Shown here piece after piece: positions 1 to 8,662 of a stretch of DNA of 64,000 nucleotides. Under the pieces are notes generated by a model. The model was given only the letters and a program-made list of their open reading frames with translations. It was not told where the DNA came from and did not search any database. The first letter of the stretch is position 1; each line of letters begins with the position of its first letter. Source of the stretch: Lachnospiraceae bacterium (GTDB lineage Bacteria > Bacillota > Clostridia > Lachnospirales > Lachnospiraceae); the NCBI GenBank assembly GCA_045617345.1, contig JAZLIK010000111.1:8044-72043 (forward strand). Reading direction: 5' to 3'. A program made the translations under genes and the position numbers.

Positions 1-315
1 TCAACATTATCAACAAAAATTGTACACTTTTGTAGTTGGAAAAATATCGCGTCAAGTTCGAAAATCAGTTTTGTAGTTTGTGATAAATTTACAAAAAATG
101 AGCCTTACCTGTTGACAGAGGAATATATCGACAACACTGAACAATTTATACAATATTCAAGAAAATGATTGAAACACAGCAAAATTGAATTGAAATTGTG
201 TGCGAAAAAGATCGGAAATGAGCTCCAAACAGTGTAAACAGGCCTTAATCCTTCACTACAGACTAAGAACGAAAAGCAACAACGAATACAGTGAAAGTTC
301 GATTCACCACCTGAT

Positions 316-565
316 CAGAAAACATTCATAAAGCGCACCCCAAAATCAGTGGCTTATTAGTATCTCAACGGAAACGGCTTTATTTGTGCGAATAGCGAGT
401 AGTCTGATCGGAAGCTTGCTTCAGTTCAGACCCGGGCAAACGTCATCGAGTGACGTATGTCACGAGATATGTGCATAGTCCGGCCTCTATCACACAGCCG
501 GTATGACAATTACTTTACAAGCAAGCTTGCAGTAATTGTCAGTTGGTTATGTGGTGAATAGTAAC
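316..565. repeat. mosaic of dispersed repeat modules
   Basis: Shares AAAACATTCATAAAGC with 40460. Shares CGGAAGCTTGCTTCAG with 48603. Shares ATCGAGTGACnTnTGTCACGAGAT with 23160. Shares the GACAATTAC..GTAATTGTC hairpin plus GTGAATAGTAAC with 33380..33438. Confidence 0.65.
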
Positions 566-857
566 CACTTAAAAAAATATTACGTATCAGTTTTATATTT
601 TGTAGTGGTAAACTGAGCGTTATGGGTGTATACTGTTTATAATGATGGGATATTATGGTCAGTGATTCTGTTTACAGTCCGGTAATGACTGATGCAGGTC
701 GGAGCAGATAAGCCGCGAGCGGCAAAGAAATGATGGACTGCATAGCGGGAAGGACTTATGAACGGATTATTGACGGATTGTGAATAGTTATATTACACAG
801 AACAGGATTATCCTGAAAATGAAAGGAGAAGGCAGGTTTTATCCTGCCGTGAGCCGT

Positions 858-1601
858 ATGTTTGACGCCAAAAAGGTAAAAGACGAGTGTGTGGAATGGA
901 TCAGAGATTTCTTTGAGAAAAACGGACCGGACTGTAATGCGGTCGTAGGAATCTCGGGCGGAAAGGATAGCTCGATAGTTGCAGCGCTCTGTGTGGAGGC
1001 ACTTGGAAAGGACAGGGTTATCGGGGTACTGATGCCATGCGGTGTGCAGCATGATATAGATATGGCACAGCTTCTGGTAAATCATCTGGGAATCAAAAAT
1101 TATACTGTAAACATAAAAGATGCTATAGATGGGATTACAAAGAGTATTCCGTTTGAACTGGGGGCACAGTCTGTACAGAATCTGCCGCCGAGAATCAGAA
1201 TGGCGACTCTGTATGCTATTTCCCAGAGCCATAACGGAAGGGTAGCCAATACCTGCAATCTTTCAGAGGACTGGGTAGGATATTCGACCAGATATGGCGA
1301 TTCGGTAGGTGATTTCAGCCCCTGCTCACATCTGACAGTGGCGGAAATGAAGCAGATAGGAAGACTTCTCGGACTTCCCGATGTGCTGGTTGACAAGGTT
1401 CCGATTGACGGACTCTGCGGGAAGAGCGACGAAGAAAACCTGGGATTTACCTATGCTGAGCTGGACAGATACATTAGAACCGGCGAGATTGATGATGAAA
1501 ACAAAAAAGCAGTCATTGACCGCAAGCACAGAATGAATCTTTTTAAGCTTGATGTAATGCCGAGCTTTGATCCCGGTATTGACACAAAAGCTAATACCTA
1601 A
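858..1601 (+). CDS. nadE: NH3-dependent NAD+ synthetase
   Basis: ORF 780..1601. PP-loop motif GISGGKDSS and a NadE-like N-terminus MFDAKKVKDECVEWIRDFF. Start is ambiguous: ATG at 819 or 858. Confidence 0.85.
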   Translation: MFDAKKVKDECVEWIRDFFEKNGPDCNAVVGISGGKDSSIVAALCVEALGKDRVIGVLMPCGVQHDIDMAQLLVNHLGIKNYTVNIKDAIDGITKSIPFELGAQSVQNLPPRIRMATLYAISQSHNGRVANTCNLSEDWVGYSTRYGDSVGDFSPCSHLTVAEMKQIGRLLGLPDVLVDKVPIDGLCGKSDEENLGFTYAELDRYIRTGEIDDENKKAVIDRKHRMNLFKLDVMPSFDPGIDTKANT

Positions 1602-1650
1602 TAGAGTAATCTGTTGACTGCGTAACAGTCCGGGCTTATGAATACGTTTT

Positions 1651-1740
1651 GAACAGACAGTGAACAGTAACAGACAGTGGGCAGTAACAGACCAGTGAGC
1701 AGTAACAGACAGTGAACAGTAACAGACAGAGGGCAGTAAA
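1651..1740. repeat. tandem array, roughly 18-bp unit x about 5 (CAGTGAACAGTAACAGAC)
   Basis: Direct reading: GTGAACAGTAAC / GTGGGCAGTAAC / GTGAGCAGTAAC / GTGAACAGTAAC / GGGCAGTAAA. Confidence 0.8.
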
Positions 1741-1817
1741 GGGGAATACCGGTATACGTTATATTTTCGGCGTTCATGAAAGGAGGACTTCCCGAAAGCT
1801 ACAGCGGAAGTAAAAAA

Positions 1818-3014
1818 ATGAGACTACAACCTATTATTACATCATTACTTGATACGGACCTTTATAAATTTAACATGAATCAGGTCATTTTTCATAAACA
1901 CACGGATCTGACAGGCGTATATGTGTTTAAGTGCAGAAACAAAGGAGTAATATTCACCCGGGAAATGCTTGAAGAGATAAATGCACAGGTCGATCATCTC
2001 TGCACGCTCAGGTTTTCAAAGCAGGAGCTGGATTATCTCCGGTCTATCAGATTTATAAAAAAAGACTACGTTGAATTCCTGAGACTATGGCATCCGATAC
2101 GTGATTATGTAGAGACCGGACTTAATGAGAACGGAGTGCTGTCGTGTACGGTAACAGGACCGCTGTTTTCTGCAATGCAGTTTGAGATTTATCTTCTTGA
2201 AATAATAAATGAAGTGTATTTCAGAATGAATTATGATTATGACAGGCTGCTGGAATCTGCCGAGGAACGACTGAACAGAAAAATTGAGGATTTCAGGTAC
2301 AGCAGATATACGTTCAGTTTCGCTGAATTCGGATGCCGCCGTCGTCTTTCGAGAGAATGGGAGGACGTGGTAGTCAGACGTTTGGCGACTGAGACAAAAA
2401 ACTGCGTAGGCACATCGAATGTCTATCTGGCAATGAAATATGACCTTACTCCTATCGGAACTTATGCTCATGAGTTTGTTCAGATGTATCAGGGAATTGA
2501 TTCGATACCGCTTGCATATACAAACCACTATGCTATGGAAGACTGGTATAATGAGTATCAGGGAGATAACGGAACTGCGCTTACGGATACCGTGACAACG
2601 GATTTGTTCCTGCTCGATTTTACAAGAGCCAGGGTAAATAATTTTAGCGGAGTACGTCATGACAGCGGAGACCCCTATGAATGGGGCGAAAAAATCATCG
2701 CTCACTATAAAAAATATGGCGTTGATCCAAAAACCAAGCTTTTGCTGTTTAGTGACAGTCTCGATTTTGACAGGGCGCAGAAGCTGTATGAGTACTTTAT
2801 GGACCGTTCAAAGGTTTCGTTCGGAATAGGAACCTTCTGTAGTAACGATACCGAAGAGGATGCGCTGAACATAGTCATTAAGCTTCAGTATGTGAATGGA
2901 CGTCCGGTAGCGAAGCTTTCGGATGTTCCCGGCAAGACAATGTGTCAGGACGAGGATTATGCCGATTATCTGCACAGGGCGGTTGAATTCAGACTCAACA
3001 GAGAACAGCGCTGA
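1818..3014 (+). CDS. pncB: nicotinate phosphoribosyltransferase
   Basis: ORF 1776..3014. PncB-like N-terminus SLLDTDLYKFNMNQ. ATG at 1818 follows GGAAG with a 7-nt spacer. Confidence 0.85.
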   Translation: MRLQPIITSLLDTDLYKFNMNQVIFHKHTDLTGVYVFKCRNKGVIFTREMLEEINAQVDHLCTLRFSKQELDYLRSIRFIKKDYVEFLRLWHPIRDYVETGLNENGVLSCTVTGPLFSAMQFEIYLLEIINEVYFRMNYDYDRLLESAEERLNRKIEDFRYSRYTFSFAEFGCRRRLSREWEDVVVRRLATETKNCVGTSNVYLAMKYDLTPIGTYAHEFVQMYQGIDSIPLAYTNHYAMEDWYNEYQGDNGTALTDTVTTDLFLLDFTRARVNNFSGVRHDSGDPYEWGEKIIAHYKKYGVDPKTKLLLFSDSLDFDRAQKLYEYFMDRSKVSFGIGTFCSNDTEEDALNIVIKLQYVNGRPVAKLSDVPGKTMCQDEDYADYLHRAVEFRLNREQR

Positions 3015-3148
3015 GGGAACAGCGGGGACAGGCAATTAATAAAGCTGAGATAGCAGCCGGAGACAGCCGATTAATAAAGCTGAGGGAACAGCGGAGACAG
3101 CCGATTAATAAAGTTGAGAGAACAGCCGGAGACAGGCAATATATAAAA
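3011..3148. repeat. tandem array, 34-35-bp unit x 4, starting on the pncB stop codon
   Basis: Units begin CTGAGGGAACAGCGG / CTGAGATAGCAGCCGG / CTGAGGGAACAGCGG / TTGAGAGAACAGCCGG, and each ends ..ATTAATAAAG. Confidence 0.85.
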
Positions 3149-3178
3149 ATTTAGAAAACAGGATAAAAGGTGAATGAC

Positions 3179-4054
3179 ATGGAATGGATTAGTAAAAGTA
3201 ATATTTTGGTGGTTGGCTTGGGATTGATGGGCGGAAGCTATGCGAAGGCACTTAAGCGTCTCGGATATCATGTATGTGCAATAGATAACAGAAGTGAATC
3301 TATAACATACGCAATTAATGAAGAGATTATCGACAGTGGAAGCGTGACGGCGGATCCTTATCTGATAAACAGTGCAGATGCGGTAATATTTGCCCTTTAT
3401 CCGGAAGTGTTTAAAAAGTGGATAAATGATAATCAGCAGTATTTCAGACCCGGAACGCTGATCACGGACGTAACAGGTGTTAAAAGCAGTGTAGTATACG
3501 ATATTCAGTCTGTTTTGAGGGATGATGTGGAATTTATTCCGGCACATCCCATGGCAGGACGTGAGGTTTACGGTGTAGAGAACTCTGATGACAGAATGTT
3601 CCATGATGCGAACTATATTGTGACGCCGACTGAAAAAAATACTCCTCAGGCAATAGAATGGTGCAAGAGCCTTGGAAAAATACTTGGTTTCAGAAGAATT
3701 TCGCTGCTTAGTCCCGAAGAGCATGACGAAATGATAGGTTTTGTATCACAGCTGACACACTGTATTGCGGTTGCACTGATGACCTGTTCGGACAACCAGC
3801 ACCTGGTTGATTATACCGGTGATTCGTTCCGTGACCTGACACGAATAGCTCGAATAAATGAAAAGATGTGGAGCGAGCTGTTTCTGATGAACAAACAGAA
3901 TCTTCTTGAGCAGATGGACATTTTTATGCAGGAGTTTAAGGAACTCAGAGATATGCTGGCTAATGATGACAAGGATGGACTGTGTGAGAAGATGAAGCTC
4001 TCAACCGAACGTCGTTCATGGTTTGACAAGAAGGCTCCGACGGGCAAGAAATAA
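3179..4054 (+). CDS. tyrA: prephenate dehydrogenase
   Basis: ORF 3170..4054. Rossmann motif VVGLGLMGGSYA and core PAHPMAG. ATG 3179 follows AAAGGTGA. Confidence 0.85.
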   Translation: MEWISKSNILVVGLGLMGGSYAKALKRLGYHVCAIDNRSESITYAINEEIIDSGSVTADPYLINSADAVIFALYPEVFKKWINDNQQYFRPGTLITDVTGVKSSVVYDIQSVLRDDVEFIPAHPMAGREVYGVENSDDRMFHDANYIVTPTEKNTPQAIEWCKSLGKILGFRRISLLSPEEHDEMIGFVSQLTHCIAVALMTCSDNQHLVDYTGDSFRDLTRIARINEKMWSELFLMNKQNLLEQMDIFMQEFKELRDMLANDDKDGLCEKMKLSTERRSWFDKKAPTGKK

Positions 4055-4055
4055 G

Positions 4056-4200
4056 TACGCAGAAGAAAATTTCAATAAGCAGAAACAGGAATTTGGAAGA
4101 AGACTACGATAAGCGTAAAAAGGACCGCTGAAAAAGACTCCGATAAGCGGAAAAAGGACCGCAGAAGATGACTTCAAAAGCGGAAAAAGAAAATTCAAAA
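4056..4200. repeat. tandem array, roughly 33-bp unit x 3-4, starting just after the tyrA stop
   Basis: AGACTACGATAAGCGTAAAAAGGACCGC / AGACTCCGATAAGCGGAAAAAGGACCGC / degenerate flanking copies. Confidence 0.75.
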
Positions 4201-4237
4201 TAAATGAATTGTAGGCAAAAGGAAGGGTCAATAAGCT

Positions 4238-5269
4238 ATGGATATGGATTTTGAACGAAAACTGGCTATACCGATGGAAGTGAAGGAAATGTATCCTTTA
4301 ACAGGTAAAATCAGTGAGGTCGTAGACAAAAAAATAAATCAGATAAATCAGATTCTGTCAGGCCAGTCCGACAGGCTGCTGCTGATAATAGGACCGTGTT
4401 CGGCGGATAACGAAGACAGTGTAATAGACTATATCAGCAGACTCAGATCTGTTCAGGACAAGGTGGAGGAGAAGATTCTGATAGTGCCCAGAATATACAC
4501 GAATAAACCCAGAACGACAGGTGACGGGTATAAGGGCATGGTTCACCAGCCCGACCCGAATAAAAAGCCGGATTTGTTTAAGGGGATAATTGCTACAAGA
4601 GAGCTTCATATGCGTGCGGTTCAGGAGACAGGTTTTGCCTGCGCCGATGAAATGCTGTATCCCGAAAACCATAAATATCTGGATGATTTACTTGCCTATG
4701 TGGCAGTAGGTGCACGCTCTGTAGAGAATCAGCAGCACAGACTTACTGCGAGCGGACTTGGAATACCTGTAGGAATGAAGAACCCTACAAGCGGTGACAA
4801 CACAGTTATGCTCAATGCCATCATGGCTGCCCAGCACTCACATACCTTCATATACAGGGGATGGGAAGCACATTCGCATGGTAATCCTTATGCGCATGCC
4901 ATATTGAGAGGATACACAGACAATGACGGACAGACACATCCGAATTATCACTATGAAGATTTGATTCGCCTGTGTGATTCCTATGATAAACGTGAGTTGG
5001 CAAATCCGTCGATAATTATTGATACCAATCATGCCAATTCGGGCAAGAATCCATTTGAACAGCCAAGAATAATCAAGGATGTTCTTTACAGCTGCAGACA
5101 TGCAGAAACCATAAATCGTCACGTTAAGGGCTTTATGGTAGAAAGCTATATTGAGGACGGATCACAGAAAATCGGCGAGGGCTGTTACGGAAAATCAATT
5201 ACCGATCCTTGTCTGGGATGGGAAAAAACCGAAAGAATGATATATGAAATAGCGGATCTTATCAGTTGA
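4238..5269 (+). CDS. 3-deoxy-7-phosphoheptulonate (DAHP) synthase, class I
   Basis: 343 aa with LLIIGPCS, KPRTT..GYKG and IDTNHANS motifs, typical of class I DAHP synthases. Confidence 0.85.
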   Translation: MDMDFERKLAIPMEVKEMYPLTGKISEVVDKKINQINQILSGQSDRLLLIIGPCSADNEDSVIDYISRLRSVQDKVEEKILIVPRIYTNKPRTTGDGYKGMVHQPDPNKKPDLFKGIIATRELHMRAVQETGFACADEMLYPENHKYLDDLLAYVAVGARSVENQQHRLTASGLGIPVGMKNPTSGDNTVMLNAIMAAQHSHTFIYRGWEAHSHGNPYAHAILRGYTDNDGQTHPNYHYEDLIRLCDSYDKRELANPSIIIDTNHANSGKNPFEQPRIIKDVLYSCRHAETINRHVKGFMVESYIEDGSQKIGEGCYGKSITDPCLGWEKTERMIYEIADLIS

Positions 5270-6056
5270 ATTCGGTGAGGTTTTTCCTGTACCAGAGGGG
5301 CATAAGGTTTCTTTGAAGCTTCGGGTTGGTTCTGGGACCGATAGCGATGTTTTCGAAGAAAACCTTCCAAAGATCGACATAGTCAAGCTGTGACTCCTGC
5401 AAGGAATCAAGTCTGGCAGCCTCATCTGCGGACAGCTGAACGATGAAACAATCGCTGTTTTTCGGATGAAACGCCATTTCGTTATGTGTCTTGTCAAAAA
5501 TGGCAAACCATTCAACTGCAAACCGGTCTGCAAAATGATGCATTATGTACCTGAGAACATGTGAATGCGGTTCGATGGTTGCCAAAAGAAGCGGAGGGTC
5601 GAGCCGGACTTCCCGGAACCTGATGAATTCCAGAAAATAGTGGGACTCTCTGCTGACGGCGCGCGAAATTTCAAAAATACATTTAACGCAGGGAAGCTGG
5701 ATGGCATCGCATATTCCGGGACCCATAGAAAAACCGTAGACAAGAAAACGGTATATGGCTGTGCCTCTGTCCGCATCGCGGGATTCGGCGGCAGTAAGTA
5801 CAAGCTCGTAAGCCTTCGGTGATATGAGGCGTTTGACGGATTCTGCTACCGACATGCTTTTTTCGGTATCAGTCTGAACATCGATGTATTCGGTGAAGAA
5901 ATCGATATTATTGTATTCGGGACTGTCAGAGGGCAGAATTCTGATATATTCGTGTCCGTAGCGTGACTTCCCGGCTAAGTATACTGCGGTAAAAATGCCG
6001 TCCGGGTCTGCGGGACATCGATAAACACGTATATTTTTTGTTGCCGTACTGAGCAT
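5262..6056 (-). CDS. TIGR03915-family putative DNA metabolism/repair protein
   Basis: ORF 5262..6122, lying immediately downstream of the radical SAM partner. Start chosen at Met 6056, after the upstream stop at 6064. The family call rests on the known pairing and is from memory. Confidence 0.6.
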   Translation of the reverse strand: MLSTATKNIRVYRCPADPDGIFTAVYLAGKSRYGHEYIRILPSDSPEYNNIDFFTEYIDVQTDTEKSMSVAESVKRLISPKAYELVLTAAESRDADRGTAIYRFLVYGFSMGPGICDAIQLPCVKCIFEISRAVSRESHYFLEFIRFREVRLDPPLLLATIEPHSHVLRYIMHHFADRFAVEWFAIFDKTHNEMAFHPKNSDCFIVQLSADEAARLDSLQESQLDYVDLWKVFFENIAIGPRTNPKLQRNLMPLWYRKNLTEFN

Positions 6057-6063
6057 ATCCTGC

Positions 6064-7824
6064 TCAGGTGCATTGACTGATGAGGTTATTATTTTGTCCA
6101 TAGTCGCTCCAGATATCATCAAAGGAAAGCTGTTTATAGGTAACGCCCGAACCGAAGTCTGTCATAACATCTTTGTTGTCATGAAGAAGCTGACGCGTGA
6201 TGAAGTCTTCGTCCTGCTTCAAAAATGAACTGAACATTTTTCCATAGCAGGTGATAAAATAAATGGCACGTTTGAGTACCACTCCTGCGGTTTTCAGGGA
6301 GGCAAAGTCGATACGACCCTGTCTGCGGGCATCTACGATTCGGCGTGCTGATTTGGCGCCGATGCCGGGGACCTTGAGCAGGGTGTCATAGCCGGCGGTT
6401 GAGACTTCGATGGGGAAAAGCTCCATATGAGCCAGAGCCCAGTCACATTTCGGATCTAAAAACGGATTAAAAAACGGGCGCTTTTCCGAGAGCAAATCGT
6501 CTGTCGAAAAACCATAGTAACGGAGCAGAAAATCAGCCTGATACAGACGGTGTTCACGCAGAAGCGGAGGACCGTTCAGCGTAGAAGGAAGGGTACTGTC
6601 GTTATTGACATTCATAAATGCGGAGAAAAAGACTCTTTTCAAATCAAAATTCCGGTACAGTGCTTCGGTGACGGCCATAATCTGGTAGTCGGATTCACCT
6701 GTTGCGCCGATAATCATTTGTGTACTCTGACCGGCAGGAACGAATCCGTGTCTTAAATCTCTGCGTGCAAGCCCGGTAAGTATCGAGCCTGATTTGGAAT
6801 GATTGTGTACTGTCAGCTCTGAGTCTGATGAATTTGCGGAGTATTGTGAGGACGTAATCCCGGAAAGCTTCTGATAGGAGCGCCGGTTGACCGATTCATC
6901 GGAATGACAGGAATCAGGTCTGAAATCGAGTGACGAACCCGAGTGAACCGAATCTGAACCTGAGACCGTGCCCGAAATGCCGGCTTGCCGTGTGTGTGTT
7001 CCTTTAGGTTCATAGGAATTGAGTTCGGAAACGGAATCGGTTGATTCTTTATTGGATTTTGAAGTTACAGACCGGGTACGGGTGGCTTCGCCAACGAGCT
7101 GATGAACAGCATTGTCTACGGACAGTCCCGGTGTTTCATGACCGATGCGCTGCTGAGTAAAGTAATATGCACTTCTGTTTCCGCCGGTCATTCCGAGAAG
7201 CTCACGGCTTTCGGCCATACCGGCCTGAATCATACGCATGGGTGTGAGTATTTTTTTTCGGGTTTTGTTTGGAGCCAGTTCACGAAGACCATCCGCTGTG
7301 GGCAGTTCCAGGTTTATGCTCATTCTGTCGGCATACCAGCCGCATTCTTCCACTATTTCAGGGGATGCGCCGGGGATGGCTTTACAGTGAATATAGCCGT
7401 TGAAACGGTACTTTTTACGGAGGTCGCGCAAAGCAACCGTCATAAGCTCCATGGTTCTGTCGGGTGATTCAACGATGCCGGAGCTCAAAAAGAGTCCTTC
7501 AATATAGTTTCGACGGTAAAATTCAATTGTAAGCGTACATATTTCTTCGGGTGTAAAGGCGGTGCGGGGAATGTCGTTACTGACCCTGTTTATACAGTAT
7601 TTGCAATTATATATACACTCATTTGTCATGAGTATTTTCAGCAGCGAAATACATCTGCCGTCGGCAGCAAAGGAATGGCATATTCCGGCAGCGCAGGAAT
7701 TGCCCAGTTCGCCGGGGCGCGACTGTCGTTCGACACCGCTGGAGGTGCAGGCAACATCGTACTTGGCGGCATCGGACAAAATAGCAAGCTTTTCACGCAG
7801 TGTGGCATGTTCCAAAACAATCAT
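6064..7824 (-). CDS. putative DNA modification/repair radical SAM protein (TIGR03916-like) with a large internal Ser-rich insertion
   Basis: CxxxCxxC motif (CIYNCKYC), PAGQSTQMIIGATGESD, and a C-terminal helix-hairpin-helix LLKVPGIGAKSARRIV. ATG 7824 follows GAGGTG with a 6-nt spacer. Confidence 0.75.
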   Translation of the reverse strand: MIVLEHATLREKLAILSDAAKYDVACTSSGVERQSRPGELGNSCAAGICHSFAADGRCISLLKILMTNECIYNCKYCINRVSNDIPRTAFTPEEICTLTIEFYRRNYIEGLFLSSGIVESPDRTMELMTVALRDLRKKYRFNGYIHCKAIPGASPEIVEECGWYADRMSINLELPTADGLRELAPNKTRKKILTPMRMIQAGMAESRELLGMTGGNRSAYYFTQQRIGHETPGLSVDNAVHQLVGEATRTRSVTSKSNKESTDSVSELNSYEPKGTHTRQAGISGTVSGSDSVHSGSSLDFRPDSCHSDESVNRRSYQKLSGITSSQYSANSSDSELTVHNHSKSGSILTGLARRDLRHGFVPAGQSTQMIIGATGESDYQIMAVTEALYRNFDLKRVFFSAFMNVNNDSTLPSTLNGPPLLREHRLYQADFLLRYYGFSTDDLLSEKRPFFNPFLDPKCDWALAHMELFPIEVSTAGYDTLLKVPGIGAKSARRIVDARRQGRIDFASLKTAGVVLKRAIYFITCYGKMFSSFLKQDEDFITRQLLHDNKDVMTDFGSGVTYKQLSFDDIWSDYGQNNNLISQCT

Positions 7825-7833
7825 CTCAGGCAC

Positions 7834-7884
7834 CTCGAACATTTGTTTAGAACAATAATATCATACGAACAGAGGTTTGTCAAA
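7834..7884 (-). promoter_or_regulatory. sigmaA-type promoter with two LexA (Cheo/SOS) box-like sites upstream of the radical SAM operon
   Basis: On the minus strand: TTGACA (7878-7883), a 17-nt spacer, then TATTAT (7855-7860). CGAAC-N4-GTTT sites on the plus strand at 7836-7849 and 7866-7879. Confidence 0.6.
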
Positions 7885-8010
7885 TGTAAATTTCAACAAA
7901 ACTTATTTTCAGCTGCTATTTACAGACTTAACATAACGCATTCATAAGCCCTGCCGGCTACGCAGCGAAGCGGACTGCGAACTTTATTGACTAAACGTTG
8001 GAGCATGTTT

Positions 8011-8568
8011 ATGGTAAAGAAGACAATTCTTGTTGATATGGATGAGGTACTCGACGATATGGACCGTAAATGGGTGAGTTACCTGAATTCACGATACGGG
8101 ACTCATACAAGGTATGAGGATGTGAAGGAATGGGATATGACAAAAGCTTTTCCGGGGCTCAGTCGCGGGCAGGTATACGGTGCAATCCTTGAGGAAGAGC
8201 TTTACAGGAATTTTGAACCGACAGAGGGCGCGGCGGAGGTGCTTCAAAAGCTTATCGGTGAAGGACATGACATTTTTGTCGTGACCAACACGCCCTATCA
8301 GGTGGCAAAGGTTAAGATGGAAGAGGTGCTTTTTAAGTATTATCCGTTTCTTTCGTGGGAGCAGTGTATTTTCACATCAAAAAAGCAGATGATACGGGGA
8401 GACGTTCTGATAGATGACAGCCCCGGAAATCTGGAGGGCGGTGAATATGTGAAGCTCCTGTTTTCGGCTCCCTACAACAGAGATTATGATGCCGAAAAAA
8501 ACGGAATGATTCGTGTAAACAGCTGGGAAGAGATTTATGCGGTAATAGAAGGTCTTTTCAATGACTGA
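8011..8568 (+). CDS. HAD-superfamily 5'(3')-deoxyribonucleotidase-like protein
   Basis: DxDxV motif (LVDMDEVL) and about 185 aa. ATG 8011 lies 7 nt after GGAG. Confidence 0.6.
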   Translation: MVKKTILVDMDEVLDDMDRKWVSYLNSRYGTHTRYEDVKEWDMTKAFPGLSRGQVYGAILEEELYRNFEPTEGAAEVLQKLIGEGHDIFVVTNTPYQVAKVKMEEVLFKYYPFLSWEQCIFTSKKQMIRGDVLIDDSPGNLEGGEYVKLLFSAPYNRDYDAEKNGMIRVNSWEEIYAVIEGLFND

Positions 8569-8662
8569 GCCGGTGGCAGGCGGGCAGAAAAATGAGTTTG
8601 GCCCGGATTTACAAAAAGTCGTTTATTTTTAACCGGTCAGGTTAAGAACGGGGGGGTAAATT

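Noticed and set aside
285-325. GTTCGATTCACCACC considered as a tRNA T-arm and acceptor end.
   Set aside because: The flanking bases cannot form a T-stem or a cloverleaf, so there is no tRNA here.
1651-1740. The tandem arrays here, and at 3011, 27014, 36806 and 55765, considered as possible CRISPR arrays.
   Set aside because: The units are directly adjacent with no unique spacers. The arrays have only 2-5 units, and no cas genes are present.
2085-2705. Long antisense ORFs inside confident genes, for example 2085..2705, 3071..3724, 11334..11960, 15677..16204, 36389..36970, 55905..56492 and 59486..60058.
   Set aside because: Each lies fully within and opposite a gene with strong family motifs. 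Their translations are compositionally odd, as expected for shadow ORFs.
6780-7200. The radical SAM insertion considered as an intein or a separate fused domain.
   Set aside because: The sequence is Ser-rich and low-complexity, with no intein splicing blocks (no Cys/Ser...His-Asn-Cys boundary pattern) and no domain-like motifs.
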